From positions 48,964-112,963 of the forward strand of contig JAZNIY010000025.1 in the NCBI GenBank assembly GCA_045577735.1: 64,000 nucleotides of DNA. Direction: 5' to 3'. Below are positions 18,933 through 28,218 of the stretch, in pieces (position 1 is the stretch's first letter; each line of letters starts with the position of its first letter). The translations under genes were made by a program, and so were the position numbers. This DNA comes from Candidatus Stercoripulliclostridium sp. GTDB taxonomy: Bacteria > Bacillota > Clostridia > Christensenellales > DTU072. The notes below the pieces were generated by a model. The model had not been told where the DNA came from, made no database searches, and was given only the letters and a program-made list of their open reading frames with translations.

Positions 18933-19226
18933 TTATTGCCTTTTCATTCTCAATTTATAGTTATAAGAGGTCAATTCGATATCGATAGTATCACCAACGT
19001 TAACTTCAGGTTTGGCTTTGGTGAAGATATCGGTATTAAAAGGACGATAAGCGGTATTGATAGTACAGTACGTTCTCCAAAGAACGTCTGGTCCTAATTG
19101 CTTTTGAGAAGGCTCTTCAATAACGGTAGCAGTAAGAGTAACTACCGCTAGAGGTTTAAGGGAAGTCTTTTTCTCTTTAGGTGCATCTGCATCGGTAGGG
19201 AATGGTAAGTTGTTTTGTTCAGTCAT
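18933..19226 (-). CDS. Putative ssDNA-binding (pV-like) protein
   Basis: 97 aa beta-rich, VNVGDTIDIEL OB-like end, first gene of the leftward operon; AAGGAG RBS. Confidence 0.5.
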   Translation of the reverse strand: MTEQNNLPFPTDADAPKEKKTSLKPLAVVTLTATVIEEPSQKQLGPDVLWRTYCTINTAYRPFNTDIFTKAKPEVNVGDTIDIELTSYNYKLRMKRQ

Positions 19227-19543
19227 AGATATATCTCCTTTGCTAGTAACGCCAGCCGCGAAAGTGATAACGTTGGGAATAATTAGACTGTAAGTATTGC
19301 CGGTAACGAATGCAGGAGTGCATCGTCGGCAATACGTCTAATTGCCCCGTTAGGGACGGTAGGACTAATCTTGTGATAACGGTTGTTGTTTTGGGAGTTT
19401 GGCCGTCAACATTCCCCTCAAACTACCTAAGCTATTGCCACAAGCTTTTCCTCGCCGGAGTTGCTCGAGTGTGTCTTCCGTTATGCCAACCACTTTTCAA
19501 TCATTTTCTCAATTCCCACCGTCTAACGGTTGTCGGAGCCTGT

Positions 19544-19618
19544 TTCTAGGTTTCCTAGAATTATTATATTCTAAGTTTCTTAGAATTGTCAACAAGTTTT
19601 TTCTAATTTTGTTAGAAT
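19544..19618. promoter_or_regulatory. Divergent phage promoters overlapped by three TTCTA-N7-TAGAA operators
   Basis: Operators 19544-19560, 19569-19585, 19601-19617; minus-strand TTGACA-N18-TATAAT; plus-strand TGnTAGAAT. Confidence 0.8.
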
Positions 19619-19624
19619 AATTTT

Positions 19625-19828
19625 ATGTATGGTGTACGTATTAAGGAATTGAGAAAAGAAAAGGGTTTAACTCAAAAGCAATTAGCGGATATTTTAAAAG
19701 TTGATTTCCGTACGGTTTCTTTTTGGGAAAATGAAAAATATGAACCTAATATTCAACAGATAATTACTTTATGTAATTATTTCAACGTTTGTTCTGATTA
19801 TCTGATTGGTCGTAAAGATTGGTATTGA
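19625..19828 (+). CDS. XRE-family HTH repressor
   Basis: RIKELRKEKGLTQKQLADILKVDFRTVSFWENEKYEP. Confidence 0.9.
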   Translation: MYGVRIKELRKEKGLTQKQLADILKVDFRTVSFWENEKYEPNIQQIITLCNYFNVCSDYLIGRKDWY

Positions 19829-19837
19829 TTTTGATTT

Positions 19838-20617
19838 ATGTTATATCCTAGTGATATTCTGCTTATAGTTTTTGGTATTTTAATTGTTATAGCAATTTCT
19901 ATAACTATTTTTCTTATACGCAAAGATAATATATTACATAGACCATTTTCTAAAGGTGATTTTGGCGAAGGTATGGTTCGTGCTACTATGGACTTTACTT
20001 TATCAAAAGATGTTTATAAAATATTCAATAATGTAATGTTGTTTGATGGTGAGAAATCCATTCAAATAGACCATATCATAGCTTCCATATATGGAATATT
20101 CGTTGTGGAAACAAAGAATTATTCTGGTACTATATATGGTTATGAGAACTCGAAAAACTTTACGCAATATGTTGGAAGACAACGTAATGTGTTTTATAGT
20201 CCGATTAAACAAAACAAAAGCCATATTTATGCACTTAATAAAGTGGTAGGTTTGTATCCTTATACTTCCGTTATAATTTTTTTATCTCAAGCTAAGTTAA
20301 ATGTACATTCTACTACGTTTGTTGGCTCTCCGTTGAATGCCTCTCATTACATAAGAAGCTTTAACGACGTTAAGCTTACCGATGAACAGTTGAATGATTT
20401 TATAACCAAGTTAGAGAATAGTAACGTAAGCGATTTTATTAGCAATAGGGAACACGTTGCGAACGTCAATTACAACTTAGAGAAATACGAAACTGCACTT
20501 GAAACTATGACTTGTCCTTGGTGTGGCAGTAAACTTGTACAACGTAAAGGTAAATACGGTGAATTTTATGGTTGTAGCGCATACCCAAAGTGCAAGTACA
20601 TACACAAAGATAAGTAA
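19838..20617 (+). CDS. Membrane-anchored NERD-domain protein with topoisomerase-type C4 Zn finger
   Basis: QIDHII...IFVVETKNYSG, SPIKQN; CPWCG...FYGCSAYPKC. Confidence 0.85.
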   Translation: MLYPSDILLIVFGILIVIAISITIFLIRKDNILHRPFSKGDFGEGMVRATMDFTLSKDVYKIFNNVMLFDGEKSIQIDHIIASIYGIFVVETKNYSGTIYGYENSKNFTQYVGRQRNVFYSPIKQNKSHIYALNKVVGLYPYTSVIIFLSQAKLNVHSTTFVGSPLNASHYIRSFNDVKLTDEQLNDFITKLENSNVSDFISNREHVANVNYNLEKYETALETMTCPWCGSKLVQRKGKYGEFYGCSAYPKCKYIHKDK

Positions 20618-20874
20618 TAATCATCGAGCGTAGCGAAGCCCGGGAGGGCGCGAAGTGTAACGAAGCGATTAATAGCCGGTTGCTAGCAACCCTCCAACGA
20701 GTAGCTTATAAGCGTTAAGAACTTTAAGGGCCTTTCTGCACTCAGACATCAATTACCGGGAGACTATCATTCTTTCCAGCAAACCCACAAATTCAAACCT
20801 GAATTTGTGCAAAGAAATAACGAAAAGTAATATATAATAAAAAGTGGTTGTCGGAGCTCTGAAGAGGAGCACGT

Positions 20875-21873
20875 ATGAATAAAGAGAACGAGTTGCTGCA
20901 GTTACTGCAGGAACTCACGTTAGGCTTGACTAACGTAAAAGAAGAATTAAGCATCCTTCGCGCTGCGCAAGTAACGTATGATACCTCACTCACCTATGGT
21001 GAGTGGCTTTTAACCTGGTTAGAAACTTATAAAAAACCCAAAGTAAAGTACAATTATTATTTGAACCTAGTCGGCTACGTAAGAAATTACGTATTACCGA
21101 TGTTTGGATCCAAACCACTTGTAAGTATAAATTCCATGGAACTGCAGGAATTTTTGTTACGTATAAATATGCCGGCAACACGCACACAAGTGGCTGCAGT
21201 AATAAGCGCAAGTTTACGTAAGGCTTTCGAGCTGCGTCTTATTCCGTTCAACCCATACCTGGCTGTATGTTTTGAGCATTACGAGCAGCCGACGTTGGGA
21301 GCGCTCACCCACCGGCAATACGTTGACGTACTTAATGCAATTGACGTTCCGAAACGTTACGTGCAAACCTGGTTACTACTTGCTACCGGACTGCGACAGG
21401 GCGAGTGCCTTGCTCTCGAACGTCGCAACGTTGATTTGGAACGTAAAACGATAAGAGTGGAGAAGTCGCTCGAGCGCGGAACGTTGGAACTCGTAAAGCC
21501 CAAAACACGTGCCGGAGTGCGTACCGTTCCTATCGAGGAACCGCTGATAGGAATGCTAGCACCTTACCTAGATACGCCGGGGCGAATATTCCCGGAGAAT
21601 ACACCGGATAGTTTGTCCCGGTACTATCGCCGGTTATTTGCCCGGCTAAATCTTCCCTTTAGCGGACATATCTTCCGGCACACGTTTATAACAAATGCGT
21701 ACGAGCTCGAAATACCAGACTACGTAGTGCAACGTTGGTGCGGACATAGTAAACGTGCACAGGCAGACGTGTACCTAGCATTACGCAATGCCGGCGAGTT
21801 TGAAGAATCGGAATTGGTCCGTTATATGTTACGTCTAAAAAACCGAGCAGTGCCATCAATATTACGCACGTAA
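20875..21873 (+). CDS. int: Tyrosine recombinase/integrase
   Basis: TGLRQGE, KPKT, HIFRHT, CGH, DVY catalytic set; adjacent to att/tRNA. Confidence 0.92.
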   Translation: MNKENELLQLLQELTLGLTNVKEELSILRAAQVTYDTSLTYGEWLLTWLETYKKPKVKYNYYLNLVGYVRNYVLPMFGSKPLVSINSMELQEFLLRINMPATRTQVAAVISASLRKAFELRLIPFNPYLAVCFEHYEQPTLGALTHRQYVDVLNAIDVPKRYVQTWLLLATGLRQGECLALERRNVDLERKTIRVEKSLERGTLELVKPKTRAGVRTVPIEEPLIGMLAPYLDTPGRIFPENTPDSLSRYYRRLFARLNLPFSGHIFRHTFITNAYELEIPDYVVQRWCGHSKRAQADVYLALRNAGEFEESELVRYMLRLKNRAVPSILRT

Positions 21874-21912
21874 CACGCGCATTAAAGAGGTCAACACAAT
21901 TTATAGGTAAAG

Positions 21913-21948
21913 AAAAAGCCCATTTTCGTTAGAAAACAGGCTTTTTTG
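21913..21948. terminator. Bidirectional hairpin terminator between integrase and tRNA
   Basis: AAAAAGCC...GGCTTTTT. Confidence 0.6.
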
Positions 21949-21954
21949 ATTATT

Positions 21955-22030
<76 letters not shown>

Positions 22031-22163
22031 AAGGCGTGTTTAATTTTAATATATTAGGCGTTGTTTGTCAATAGATTAAAATAAAATCGTTAAAAAGTTG
22101 TGGGTTTAAGATTTTCACTAAACTTTCATTGTACTTGGTGTACTTTTGTGGTATTATTAAGAT

Positions 22164-23273
22164 ATGAAAAAGGTTCTAACGGTAATTTTAATATTTGCGC
22201 TTTGTCTAACTTTGGTAGTTGGTCTTGTTGCCTGCAACAAGGATTGTAAGGAGCACGTCGACGAAAATGGCGACTACGTTTGCGACAATTGTGAGGAAAG
22301 TTTGCCTAACAATAACGAACAAAACGGTGACGATGACTCTAACTCTAACGCCGGCGATAATGGTGAGGACAATGAAGATAATGATATTACCGTAGAGGCT
22401 GTACCCAAAGCTGAATATACTAGCGAAAAAGTAGGGGACGTTACCTACGTCTATTATGGTACTTTGCCACTTTCCGCAGTAACGCAAGAGAACAATCTTC
22501 ATAGCGTACTAGTAAACCTTATTGAAAGCTCTCAGCTCACTCCCAATGCAAGTGGGTATTACGTTCACAACGACAAGGAATATGCTTGCATTAGAGGAAC
22601 GGAAGACAACGAGGGAATACGCCTCTCGAATGGTCTGACGATGGAGGAAGACAAGCTTTACGTTTTTAACGTGGAAAAGATAAAATGGAGAGTGCTAGAA
22701 GAGAAAGATGGGCGTTCCGTACTGTTGTGTGAAAACATAATAGCAGAGCATCATTTTAACCCTGCAGGCTCCTATAGTGTCAATTTAGGAACCCTAATTG
22801 GCACACCAAACAATGCTAACGATTACTCGGTTAGTGCCCTTCGTACCTACGTTAACGAAACCTTATTAAATGAAATTTTCACAGTTCGTGAAAAACAATC
22901 CATATTCGACACCAACGTTATTCTTCGCCCCGGTGAAAGTGCGTTTATGTTAACCCAAGGAATGTATGTAACAACGGTAAACAAGATGTATATTCCATCA
23001 TACTGGGAAATAAACGAAAAGTACGACTTGAAGCAGGGAGAGAGCAAAGTTCCCGTTGCAGAAGTGCCAGACTACCAGTTGGCAAGTGGTTTTAATGCAA
23101 GTACAAACGGTACGCGTTACTATGCGTCTTGGTGGTTGCGTACTAGTGGTGAACATATTAACGAGGGAAACGTAGTAAACTACGATGGTACTATTGGTAC
23201 CGATTCGTCTTGCTCGGTCAACCTTAGCGAAACAATAGGGATTCGCCCCATGATTACACTTAGAACGGCATAA
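22164..23273 (+). CDS. Lipoprotein with DUF6273-like domain
   Basis: Lipobox LVAC; IKWRVL, WWLRT, GIRP motifs. Confidence 0.7.
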   Translation: MKKVLTVILIFALCLTLVVGLVACNKDCKEHVDENGDYVCDNCEESLPNNNEQNGDDDSNSNAGDNGEDNEDNDITVEAVPKAEYTSEKVGDVTYVYYGTLPLSAVTQENNLHSVLVNLIESSQLTPNASGYYVHNDKEYACIRGTEDNEGIRLSNGLTMEEDKLYVFNVEKIKWRVLEEKDGRSVLLCENIIAEHHFNPAGSYSVNLGTLIGTPNNANDYSVSALRTYVNETLLNEIFTVREKQSIFDTNVILRPGESAFMLTQGMYVTTVNKMYIPSYWEINEKYDLKQGESKVPVAEVPDYQLASGFNASTNGTRYYASWWLRTSGEHINEGNVVNYDGTIGTDSSCSVNLSETIGIRPMITLRTA

Positions 23274-23284
23274 CGTTAAGGAAT

Positions 23285-23313
23285 AAAAAAAGCACCCAAC
23301 GGGGTGCTTTTTT
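23285..23313. terminator. Bidirectional intrinsic terminator
   Basis: AAAAAAGCACC...GGTGCTTTTTT between convergent genes. Confidence 0.8.
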
Positions 23314-23320
23314 GTTGCTA

Positions 23321-23923
23321 TCAATCTTTGAAAAGAGCAAGTAATACTTTTATTATGTTCGTGCGCATTTTATCATAATCAATATAATCGTGCAAATCGT
23401 AGACGCATTCGTGTGCGTAGGATTGTATCATTTCCATTGCAAGGTGTACGCGCTCGTACAAGTCGCAAGGGGAGTAGCCCAAACCTTTTAGGGTATCAAC
23501 GATGTTTACCGTCATATCCTTTTCAATTTCTAGGAATTTGTTGCCAACTGCTTCGTCGGAAGAGGACAACGAGTGCAATGCCTCGTGTATGCTTGCGTTA
23601 TGCTTGTGAATTTCTATAGTGCTATCAATAATGGTAGAAAGTAAGCTTTCAAAATCAAGAGGAGTTTCTAGGTTGTCAAAGATTTCCATAATAGGGGTAA
23701 ATACCTTGTCTACGTAAATTGATAATACCTCTAAAAGAATATCTCTCTTGTCACGGAAGTACCCATACACAATCCCCGTCGATACACCTGCGTGTTTTGC
23801 AATTTGAGCCGTATTGGTATTAAAATATCCGTCGCGTGCAAAAAGTTCGTATCCAGCTTCTATAATACGATTTTTTTTGTCGATACTACGTTTTTGTTGT
23901 GGCGTCCTTATGCTTTCACCCAT
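23321..23923 (-). CDS. TetR/AcrR-family regulator
   Basis: IIEAGYELFARDGY...IAKHAGVSTGIVYGYFRDK. Confidence 0.9.
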   Translation of the reverse strand: MGESIRTPQQKRSIDKKNRIIEAGYELFARDGYFNTNTAQIAKHAGVSTGIVYGYFRDKRDILLEVLSIYVDKVFTPIMEIFDNLETPLDFESLLSTIIDSTIEIHKHNASIHEALHSLSSSDEAVGNKFLEIEKDMTVNIVDTLKGLGYSPCDLYERVHLAMEMIQSYAHECVYDLHDYIDYDKMRTNIIKVLLALFKD

Positions 23924-24107
23924 TAAAGCACACTCTCCTTTATTTGGTAACATCATTATATCTTTTTATTAAAAATTTTGCAACCCAAAATATAAAACTG
24001 AAATTCTTTTCATATTTTTTCTTGTAACACTTGACAACCATAAATCATATTATTATAATAATGTCGAAAACTGAAACAAATTTCACATTTTGTGTAGGAG
24101 ATATAAT

Positions 24108-24344
24108 ATGAAAGAAAAAAGACTAAGCGAGTACAAGATTGGCGAGTACGGCAAGGTTAAAATCGTAGAGGGCGAGGGTAAAATCCGTCGTCGCCTTTTC
24201 GACATGGGAGTAACTCCAAGTGCAGACATTATTATGCGTAAGCGTGCACCCCTAGGCGATCCTATTGAAATAACCATTCGTGGTTATGAACTCACTCTTC
24301 GCAAAAGCGAAGCTGAATGTGTTGTAATGGAGGGAAGAAAATGA
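24108..24344 (+). CDS. feoA: Ferrous iron transport protein A
   Basis: RRRLFDMGVTP, APLGDPIEITIRGYELTLRKSEA. Confidence 0.95.
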   Translation: MKEKRLSEYKIGEYGKVKIVEGEGKIRRRLFDMGVTPSADIIMRKRAPLGDPIEITIRGYELTLRKSEAECVVMEGRK

Positions 24345-26695
24345 TTAGATTTGCTCTTGCTGGTAACCCAAATAGTGGTAAGACCACTCTATTTAATGCA
24401 CTAACCGGTTCAACTGCCCACGTAGGCAATTGGCCCGGCGTTACGGTTGACAAGAAAGAGGGCACCTACAAAAAGTGTGCTGAACCCATTTCTATCGTTG
24501 ACCTTCCCGGTATATATTCACTTTCTCCCTACACTCCCGAGGAAGTAATTTCTCGTAACTTTATACTTGATGAAAAACCCGATTGCGTAATAAACATCGT
24601 TGACGCAACCAACCTTGAGCGTAACCTTTACCTCACCACTCAAATTATGGAAATCGACGTGCCAGTAATCATTGCGTTAAATATGATGGACGAGTTAACA
24701 AAGCGTGGTGATAAGATTGATGCTAAAGCACTGGAAGAAAAGGTTGGCGTGCCCGTAGTAGAGATTTCTGCACTTCGTGGCAAGGGCATAAACGAACTTA
24801 TGGATCGTGCTTATGAAACCAGTAAGGTTCCAAGGAAGGGCAAGACCGTGTTAGAAAAGACGGCTCTAATCCACCTCATTAACGATTGCCGTATTGCTCT
24901 TTCCGGTCAAGGCGTAGACAACGCACTCTTCCACGCTGTTAAGCTTGTTGAAATGGATGAGCTTGAAGTAGCATCTCACCCTGCTTCTGCAAAGATGGTT
25001 GAGGAATTCAAAGAGGGATTTGAAGACGAATTGTTCGGCGATGACTTCGAAGCACTCATTGCAGATAGTAGATACAAATACATAGTAGGGCACTATTCAC
25101 CCACCCTTACCAAAAAACCAAGAAAGGTTACCGAGCTAACAAAATCGGAAAAGATAGACAGAGTGTTTACCCACAAATATTTGGGCATACCACTATTTTT
25201 CATTATATTGTTTGCAGTATTCCACCTCACGTTTAGCGAAAATATGTTGTGGTTGGGTGCCGGCCCTCTGGCTGATTGGGTGTCCTGTGAAGGCACGGCA
25301 TTCGAAGGCGTATTTGGTGATGGCGGACTAGCCTCTCCCGGTGTAATACTCTTCAACCTACTCGACCTAGCAACTGCATCACTTGGCGAAGTAATCATGG
25401 GCGCCATGGAGTCAGCCGGTATAGCCGAGTGGTTTACGGGACTAATTTGCGATGGTATCTTTGGTGGTATCTTTGCAGTTTTAAGCTTCTTACCCCAAAT
25501 ACTACTCCTCTTCCTATTCTTCTCCATTTTGGAAGACAGTGGTTATATGGCACGTGTAGCATTTATGCTAGACAAAATCTTCCGTAAGTTTGGTCTTTCC
25601 GGTAGGGCATTTATGCCTATGATTATGGGCTTTGGTTGCTCCGTACCTGCAATGATTAACACTCGTACCCTTGCTAACGAAAATGAAAGAGTGGCAACCA
25701 TTCGCGTCATTCCCTTCTTTAGCTGTGGCGCAAAGCTCCCCATACTTACTGCCGTAGCAGGTGGCATAATGCAAGTATTCGGTGTTGGTAACGCCGACCT
25801 TATTACCTATGGTATGTACGTAATAGGTATTGTGGTCGCAATCGCTTCCGTAATACTAATGCGTTCAACCACGATGAAAGGCGAAGTTCCTCCCTTTATT
25901 ATGGAGCTACCGGATTACCATAGTCCACAATTTAGGAACCTAATGTTGCACTTGTGGGACAAAGCAAAGCACTTTATTCAAAAGGCTTTCACCATCATTT
26001 TGATTTCCACAATTATTATTTGGTTCATTAGCCACTTTAGTTGGCAATGGGAATTCCTTGTTGATGAAAGAATAGACGAAAGCATTCTTGCAGGCATAGG
26101 TGGACTAATTCAACCCATATTCACTCCCTTAGGTTTTGGTAGTCAGCTTAGCGCAATGGGTTGGGTATTTGCAGTAGGTGCTATTACCGGACTTATCGCA
26201 AAAGAAAACGTTATTGCAACCTTTGGTACTCTTGCAGCTTGCATCGTTGCCGGCTTTGAAGGAACCGAAGAGGGTGTTGCCGAAGTAGCACTTATGATAC
26301 AAGCAACCGGCGCAAGTCTTCCCGCAATGATTAGCTTCATAGTATTTAACATGACGACTATACCTTGCTTTGCAGCGGTTGCAGCGGCAAAGGGCGAACT
26401 TTCCACCAAGAAGAAGTTTACCGGCACTTTGATTTTCTGGATTGTTACAAGCTATATCGTATCAAGTATGATTTACCTTATTGGCTCTTGGTGGTGGACT
26501 TGCTTCATCTTCCTAGCAGTTTGGTCAGTCGTTATAGCAGGCATCGTACTATATAACAAAGGCAAACTTGACCTAACCAACGTTAAGGCACTACTCAAAA
26601 AAATACCCTTAAAGAAAAAGACCAAGAGCGTAGGTTGCGGTTGTGGCTGTGCAGGATGCTCGGTTAAGGATCAATGTCCTTCCAACAAAAAATAA
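24341..26695 (+). CDS. feoB: Ferrous iron transport protein B with Cys-rich tail
   Basis: GNPNSGKT, GNWPGVTV, DLPG, NMMD G-motifs; membrane domain GFGCSVP. Confidence 0.96.
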   Translation: MIRFALAGNPNSGKTTLFNALTGSTAHVGNWPGVTVDKKEGTYKKCAEPISIVDLPGIYSLSPYTPEEVISRNFILDEKPDCVINIVDATNLERNLYLTTQIMEIDVPVIIALNMMDELTKRGDKIDAKALEEKVGVPVVEISALRGKGINELMDRAYETSKVPRKGKTVLEKTALIHLINDCRIALSGQGVDNALFHAVKLVEMDELEVASHPASAKMVEEFKEGFEDELFGDDFEALIADSRYKYIVGHYSPTLTKKPRKVTELTKSEKIDRVFTHKYLGIPLFFIILFAVFHLTFSENMLWLGAGPLADWVSCEGTAFEGVFGDGGLASPGVILFNLLDLATASLGEVIMGAMESAGIAEWFTGLICDGIFGGIFAVLSFLPQILLLFLFFSILEDSGYMARVAFMLDKIFRKFGLSGRAFMPMIMGFGCSVPAMINTRTLANENERVATIRVIPFFSCGAKLPILTAVAGGIMQVFGVGNADLITYGMYVIGIVVAIASVILMRSTTMKGEVPPFIMELPDYHSPQFRNLMLHLWDKAKHFIQKAFTIILISTIIIWFISHFSWQWEFLVDERIDESILAGIGGLIQPIFTPLGFGSQLSAMGWVFAVGAITGLIAKENVIATFGTLAACIVAGFEGTEEGVAEVALMIQATGASLPAMISFIVFNMTTIPCFAAVAAAKGELSTKKKFTGTLIFWIVTSYIVSSMIYLIGSWWWTCFIFLAVWSVVIAGIVLYNKGKLDLTNVKALLKKIPLKKKTKSVGCGCGCAGCSVKDQCPSNKK

Positions 26696-26860
26696 TCGGT
26701 TTTTGCCGTAGAAATGTATTTAGCGTGAAAAGGGAACTCGGTAGGGTTCCTTTTTCTATTGCTTAGGTGGGATAGTACTAAATATATCAAGATATATTTT
26801 AGTAACGGGAGTGGCTTTTTTCGTTTGACTTTAATCTTTTTGCTATGATATATTATTTAT

Positions 26861-26968
26861 GTGACCTGCGACTGACGGAATTTTATGGATAACCATAGTG
26901 GAGCAGATCATCTTGGAAGCCGACCGTCTGGGCGCACTATCTATATATAGATTAGTGCGCCCATTTTT
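26861..26968 (+). promoter_or_regulatory. ZMP/ZTP (pfl) riboswitch with terminator
   Basis: GCGACTGACGGA...GGAGCAG...GCCGACCGTCTGGGC followed by GGGCGCACTA...TAGTGCGCCC-T tract; upstream of the pur operon. Confidence 0.9.
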
Positions 26969-26987
26969 GTTTTCTTAGGAGGTTTAT

Positions 26988-27485
26988 ATGAGCAAAAAAA
27001 TCGGTATTGTAATGGGAAGTGATAGCGATCTACCCATCGTTAAAAAGGCTATGGATATGCTTGACGCTTTTGGTGTTAAGTATGAAGTACACGTCTATTC
27101 TGCACACAGAACGCCCGATGAAGCAGGCGTTTTTGCATTTAATGCAAGACAAAAAGGTTTTGGCGCAATCATTGCAGCAGCAGGTATGGCGGCCCATCTT
27201 GCAGGCGCAATTGCAGCACGCACCACTCTTCCCGTAATAGGTATTCCTTGCAAGTCAAGTTGCTTCGATGGTATGGACGCACTACTTTCTACTGTACAAA
27301 TGCCTACCGGTATTCCGGTTGCAACCGTTGCCGTTAACGGCGCAGCAAACGCAGCACTTCTTGCCATTCAAATGCTTGCAATAGAGGACAAGGAGCTCCA
27401 AGAAAAGTTGGATGCAAAAAGAGCAAGCGACGCACAAAAGGTACTAGAAAAGAACGACGCAATATGCGCCGAATACAATAAATAA
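26988..27485 (+). CDS. purE: N5-CAIR mutase
   Basis: MGSDSD, SAHRTP, AAHLAG. Confidence 0.96.
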   Translation: MSKKIGIVMGSDSDLPIVKKAMDMLDAFGVKYEVHVYSAHRTPDEAGVFAFNARQKGFGAIIAAAGMAAHLAGAIAARTTLPVIGIPCKSSCFDGMDALLSTVQMPTGIPVATVAVNGAANAALLAIQMLAIEDKELQEKLDAKRASDAQKVLEKNDAICAEYNK

Positions 27486-27509
27486 ACATCATTTTAAGGA
27501 GAAAAATAT

Positions 27510-28196
27510 ATGATTACCAATCTTGTTTACACCGGCAAAACCAAGAACGTTTATGCACTCGACAACGGCAACTATCTCTTGAAGTTCAAAGACGATTGTA
27601 CCGGTAAAGACGGCGTGTTCGATCCGGGTGAAAATACCGTAGGTCTAACCATCGAAGGTGTGGGCGACGTAAATTTACGTATGTCCATCTACTTCTTTGA
27701 AAAAATCAATCAAGCAGGTATCAAGACTCATTACGTTTCCGCAAACCTTGACGATACCACCATGGAAGTTCTTCCTGCAAAGGCTTTCGGTAAGGGATTG
27801 GAAGTAATTTGTCGCTACAAGGCAGTAGGTAGTTTTTTCAGAAGATACTCCGATTATTGCACCCTCGGTCAAGACCTTCCCGCATACGTAGAAACCACCT
27901 TCAAAAACGACGAAAAGGGTGATCCCCTAGTAACCAAAGACGGACTCATCGACCTAGGCGTTATGACCAGCGAACAATATGATAGCGTAAAAGATATGAC
28001 CCAAAAAATTACCGCCATCGTAGCCGATGACCTCAAAGAAAAGGGTCTTGAACTTTATGATATCAAGTTTGAATTCGGCTATGACAAAGACGGAAGCGTT
28101 ATGCTTATTGACGAAATCGCATCCGGCAATATGCGTGTCTATAAGAATGGCGAATACGTCGATCCTATGACTCTTTCAAAACTTTTCTTTGCATAA
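27510..28196 (+). CDS. purC: SAICAR synthetase
   Basis: GKTK, DIKFEFG, DEI. Confidence 0.93.
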   Translation: MITNLVYTGKTKNVYALDNGNYLLKFKDDCTGKDGVFDPGENTVGLTIEGVGDVNLRMSIYFFEKINQAGIKTHYVSANLDDTTMEVLPAKAFGKGLEVICRYKAVGSFFRRYSDYCTLGQDLPAYVETTFKNDEKGDPLVTKDGLIDLGVMTSEQYDSVKDMTQKITAIVADDLKEKGLELYDIKFEFGYDKDGSVMLIDEIASGNMRVYKNGEYVDPMTLSKLFFA

Positions 28197-28218
28197 ACTA
28201 ACTAGATAAGGAGTAATT

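Noticed and set aside
20875-21873. Prophage integrase as the recombinase of the cassette array
   Set aside because: Its att core extends to the anticodon loop (46 bp), while array junctions share only ~8 bp at the CCA end; not supported, though not formally excluded
13472-21873. Integrated rolling-circle plasmid or ICE
   Set aside because: No relaxase/T4SS genes; the Zot-like ATPase and coat-like genes fit a filamentous phage better
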